Shown piece after piece: positions 60,967 through 64,000 of a stretch of DNA of 64,000 bases. The position numbers and the translations under genes were made by a program. Origin of the DNA: Arenicellales bacterium (GTDB taxonomy: Bacteria; Pseudomonadota; Gammaproteobacteria; Arenicellales; JAJDZL01). Numbering within the stretch: position 1 is the first letter of the stretch; each line of letters starts with the position of its first letter. The notes under the pieces are model-generated. The model saw only the letters and a program-made list of their open reading frames with translations, searched no databases and was not told the origin of the DNA. Location of the stretch: NCBI GenBank assembly GCA_965219265.1, contig OZ244730.1, forward strand, positions 330,501 through 394,500, written 5' to 3'.

Positions 60967-61710
60967 TTGCGAAAAGTCATTGCTTTGATTTTGCCGTTGC
61001 TAGTGTTCGGCTGTACCGGCATTTCCAGCAAAATTCCACAATGGGTATTCGACGTTCCGAACGCGGTTCCCCAAATTGAACCCTACAGCCGCTACGGAAA
61101 CGACCCATATTCCGTATATGGCAGAACATATGTGCCATTGCGTACCGCAGAAGGCTACAGGAAAAAAGGCATTGCCTCTTGGTATGGAAAGAAATTTCAT
61201 GGCAAGCGAACATCAAGTGGGGAAACTTATGACATGCATCAAATGACTGCTGCTCACAAAACGCTTCCGCTGCCGTCTTATGTAAGAGTTACCAATCTGA
61301 ATAACAACAAGAATATTGTGGTTCGTGTGAATGATCGAGGTCCCTTTATCGATGACCGAATCATTGACTTGTCCTATGTAGCTGCTCACCAGTTGGATTT
61401 AGTAAGACCGGGAACCGGACCGGTACTGGTTGAAGCGGTACTGCCATCCAGTGGGTCGTACCCGAGTTTGCCGAATGACAATTACTATTTGCAAGCTGGT
61501 GTTTTTGGCAACAAGGATAATGCGGTGAGGCTGAGTAAAGTTTTGCGCAAATCAGGGGTTAAAGACGTACATGTGCAGAATAAAGTCATTTCAGGTTCCA
61601 CCTTCTATCAGGTACTAGTGGGCCCCATAAATGTGACTGAAAATGTAGATCAGCTGATTGACAGGGTTGCTCAATATCTTCCCGAAGAACCAATCATCGT
61701 CGTTGAATAG
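60967..61710 (+). CDS. rlpA: Septal-ring lytic transglycosylase RlpA (DPBB domain plus C-terminal SPOR domain)
   Basis: Lipobox LLVFGC (TTG start). The DPBB domain shows ASWYGKKFHGKRTSSGETYDMHQMTAAHKTLPLPSYVRVTNLNN...VRVNDRGPF. The SPOR domain shows YYLQAGVFGNKDNA. Confidence 0.92.
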   Translation: MRKVIALILPLLVFGCTGISSKIPQWVFDVPNAVPQIEPYSRYGNDPYSVYGRTYVPLRTAEGYRKKGIASWYGKKFHGKRTSSGETYDMHQMTAAHKTLPLPSYVRVTNLNNNKNIVVRVNDRGPFIDDRIIDLSYVAAHQLDLVRPGTGPVLVEAVLPSSGSYPSLPNDNYYLQAGVFGNKDNAVRLSKVLRKSGVKDVHVQNKVISGSTFYQVLVGPINVTENVDQLIDRVAQYLPEEPIIVVE

Positions 61711-61754
61711 CGGTCGATGAGAGCAGGCGTATTGCAGATTCTTGGGAGAGTTGA

Positions 61755-62387
61755 TTGATAAGCGACCAAGTTGTCGTTCGTAGGCTGGGGTTAGTCAATT
61801 ATCAAGACGCATTCGATCGAATGCGCCTGTTTTCATCCAAACGCGATGCCGATACTGTAGACGAATTCTGGTTGCTGCAGCACCAGCCGGTCTATACTCA
61901 GGGCTATTCGTGCAAGCATGTTCCGGTCGGATCAACCGACATTCCAGTCATTTCAACGGATCGCGGAGGGCAGATTACCTACCATGGTCCGGGTCAGATA
62001 ATCGTATATCTTCTACTTGATTTAAGACGCCGCAATCAGGGCATTCGGAATCTGGTTCATTTGGTTGAATCAGCAATCATTGCCATTCTGGATTCGTATG
62101 GTGTTGGAGGTGAAACTCGACCTGACGCGCCTGGGGTCTATGTACTAGGTCAGAAGATTGCTTCACTCGGAATTCGCATAGCTCGAGGATGCAGTTATCA
62201 CGGACTTTGTTTGAATGTAGACATGGATACAGCCCCATTCATGCTAATTGACGTCTGCGGTATTCGCGGGCTCGAAGTGACGACCTTTCGTCAACTTGGC
62301 ATTCATGCAGACATCAATGAAGTAGAGGAAAATTGCATTTCAAGCCTTGCGGACAAACTCGGATACCACAAGATCGTTTATTCGTAG
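61755..62387 (+). CDS. lipB: Octanoyltransferase LipB
   Basis: LGLVNYQDA, FWLLQHQPVYTQG, RGGQITYHGPGQ and KIASLGIRI. TTG start. Confidence 0.93.
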   Translation: MISDQVVVRRLGLVNYQDAFDRMRLFSSKRDADTVDEFWLLQHQPVYTQGYSCKHVPVGSTDIPVISTDRGGQITYHGPGQIIVYLLLDLRRRNQGIRNLVHLVESAIIAILDSYGVGGETRPDAPGVYVLGQKIASLGIRIARGCSYHGLCLNVDMDTAPFMLIDVCGIRGLEVTTFRQLGIHADINEVEENCISSLADKLGYHKIVYS

Positions 62388-62444
62388 TCTCGGGGAATAT
62401 AAAGCAATAAACAATGCGCATCATGCTTCTTCGTATAAGAATTG

Positions 62445-63143
62445 TTACTCAGAAGCCGATTTCAGATTCTCGTTGTCAAGCATAGTGGTTACTTGCTCAA
62501 GTCTCTCGGGACTGCCAACATCATGCCAAATTCCTTTGTAGTATCTACCGGAAAGTTTACCTCTTTCAATAGAATTACTGAATAAGCTGTATAAAGGAAA
62601 AATAACCTCATTCGTATTCGAGAAAAGACTTTTGCGCAGTATGGAAATTCCACTGTATGTCAGAGTCTGTGATGCGATTTCTGCATCTGGAATATTTAGC
62701 TTACCGTTTGTTAATATGAAATCTCCATCAGAGTTGTGTGCAGGATTATCGACGAGAATCAGGCATCCATCTGCAAACCCAGGAACATGTAACTGACTGA
62801 ACGGGAAGTCAGTCCAGATATCGGCATTTACGATAAGGAACGGGTCTGACTGAAGCAGCGGTAGTGCTCTGCGAATCCCGCCTCCTGAATTAAGCGGTGG
62901 CTCTCTTTCATGCGAATACATAATGTCGACGCCATAAGCCGAGCCGTCACCAATTACGTCCACGAACATGTCAGCAAGATAGGAAGTATTAATCACGATA
63001 TTGGAAATTCCTGCAAGCTTCAGGTTGTGCAGGTGATATTCGATTAATCGATGTTTTCCCACTCGCAGTAGCGGTTTCGGAATCGACTCTGTCAATGGAC
63101 GCATTCTTGTGCCAAGCCCGGCGCTTAGGATCATTGCATCCAT
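62445..63143 (-). CDS. murU: N-acetylmuramate alpha-1-phosphate uridylyltransferase (MurU-like nucleotidyltransferase)
   Basis: MILSAGLGTRMRPLTESIPKPLL (GxGTR motif), ~230 aa, directly downstream of an AmgK-like kinase gene. Confidence 0.8.
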   Translation of the reverse strand: MDAMILSAGLGTRMRPLTESIPKPLLRVGKHRLIEYHLHNLKLAGISNIVINTSYLADMFVDVIGDGSAYGVDIMYSHEREPPLNSGGGIRRALPLLQSDPFLIVNADIWTDFPFSQLHVPGFADGCLILVDNPAHNSDGDFILTNGKLNIPDAEIASQTLTYSGISILRKSLFSNTNEVIFPLYSLFSNSIERGKLSGRYYKGIWHDVGSPERLEQVTTMLDNENLKSASE

Positions 63144-63148
63144 TCTGT

Positions 63149-64000
63149 CTAATTCTCAATTAAATGAGTAACCAGTCTGTGCAGGGGTTTGAGTTCCTTG
63201 TAATTCCTGCTTACGGACTCAATGTAGGTCATTACGGTTGGAATGTCCTCTAGAAACTTTGCCTTGTGGTCTCGGTAGTTCAGTCTGGAAAAAATTCCGA
63301 CAACTTTTATGTGGCGCTGGAGGCCCATCCAGTCAAACCACTGCATAAACTCGTTTTCGGTAAATTCAACTGGTAATCCGGCATCGTGTGCCAAATTGAA
63401 ATATCGGTGTATCCAATATCGAATCCGCTCCGGAGGCCAGACGATGTAACAGTCACGCAACAGGGAAACGAGGTCGTAAGTTATGGGGCCTAAGACTGCG
63501 CTTTGAAAGTCGATGATGCCGGGGTTGTTGTCAGCGACGTGCATTAGGTTACGAGAATGATAATCGAGATGCACCCATACTTTCGGCTGTTCCAGTGCCC
63601 TGTCTCGAAGGAATTCGAATGTGCGGTCCAGTACATCGGAAGTTTCCGGGGTGATTTCCAATTTACGATGTTCGGGAAGATACCAGCTTCGGAAAAGTTC
63701 CATCTCCGAGCAGAGAAGTTCGGCATCATAAGGCGGTAAGAAATTCGGATCGCTTGACGTCGCAACCTGCAATCGAATCAGTGAGTTTAAAGCATCCTCA
63801 TACAATTCATCTGCGGTTATATGGGTTAAAATATCAAGATACATGGTGTTACCAAGATCTGATATTAATGCGAATCCTTTCTCCTTGTTCGATGCAAAAA
63901 CTGTCGGCACGTTCAAGCCGATAGACAGAAATTTCTCAGCAATTCGGAGGAATGGTTCAATATCCATGTGTTCAACAGGCGCATCCATCACGATATAACT
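63149..64000 (-). CDS. amgK: Anomeric MurNAc/GlcNAc kinase (AmgK-like, aminoglycoside-phosphotransferase fold), N-terminus beyond the window edge
   Basis: HLDYHSRNLM (catalytic loop) and IIDFQSAVLGPITYDLVSLLRD. The frame is still open at nt 64000, so the listed ATG at 63991 is internal. Confidence 0.78.
   Translation of the reverse strand, partial: SYIVMDAPVEHMDIEPFLRIAEKFLSIGLNVPTVFASNKEKGFALISDLGNTMYLDILTHITADELYEDALNSLIRLQVATSSDPNFLPPYDAELLCSEMELFRSWYLPEHRKLEITPETSDVLDRTFEFLRDRALEQPKVWVHLDYHSRNLMHVADNNPGIIDFQSAVLGPITYDLVSLLRDCYIVWPPERIRYWIHRYFNLAHDAGLPVEFTENEFMQWFDWMGLQRHIKVVGIFSRLNYRDHKAKFLEDIPTVMTYIESVSRNYKELKPLHRLVTHLIEN

Overview
This is a 64-kb chromosomal window from a moderate-GC gammaproteobacterium. 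All calls rest on reading the supplied translations and the raw sequence for known motifs and synteny; no database search was possible.

Most of the window is tightly packed housekeeping DNA in three blocks with E. coli/Pseudomonas-like gene order:
- pmbA, fmdB, aspS, nudB, then yebC-ruvCAB-ybgC-tolQRAB-pal-cpoB.
- nnr-tsaE-amiB-mutL-miaA-hfq-hflXKC-yjeT-hisZ-purA.
- gatCAB divergent from mreBCD-mrdA-rodA-mltB-rlpA-lipB, followed by murU-amgK.

Between these blocks lie:
- a LIV-type ABC transporter and queG;
- a transport/catabolic cluster with a Tat-signal TRAP transporter, a class III CoA-transferase, a VanA-like Rieske oxygenase, ppk2, an insertion-sequence (IS) scar, an AhpD/CMD-family (carboxymuconolactone decarboxylase) gene and a VanB-like reductase;
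- a patch of small uncharacterised membrane and TPR (tetratricopeptide repeat) genes, a 649-aa Na+/solute symporter, two convergent tRNAs and an agmatinase-like gene.

I found no complete, convincing novel multi-gene system. There is no CRISPR array, integrase, intact mobile element or defence-island hallmark.

The observations most worth a second look are:
1. A decaying 2.5-kb islet between nudB and yebC. It carries an orphan membrane protein with EGIAEG repeats, a truncated DUF4143 ATPase and several perfect hairpins.
2. Recent tandem expansions inside tolA.
3. The split Rieske oxygenase / TRAP / CoA-transferase cluster, whose substrate is unknown.
4. A 225-nt gatC-gatA spacer filled exactly by an ORF that overlaps both neighbours.
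5. A tRNA-Arg with a UCG anticodon on an ACG-type body.
6. A structured leader upstream of the symporter.

All of these are modest-interest leads rather than demonstrated novelty.
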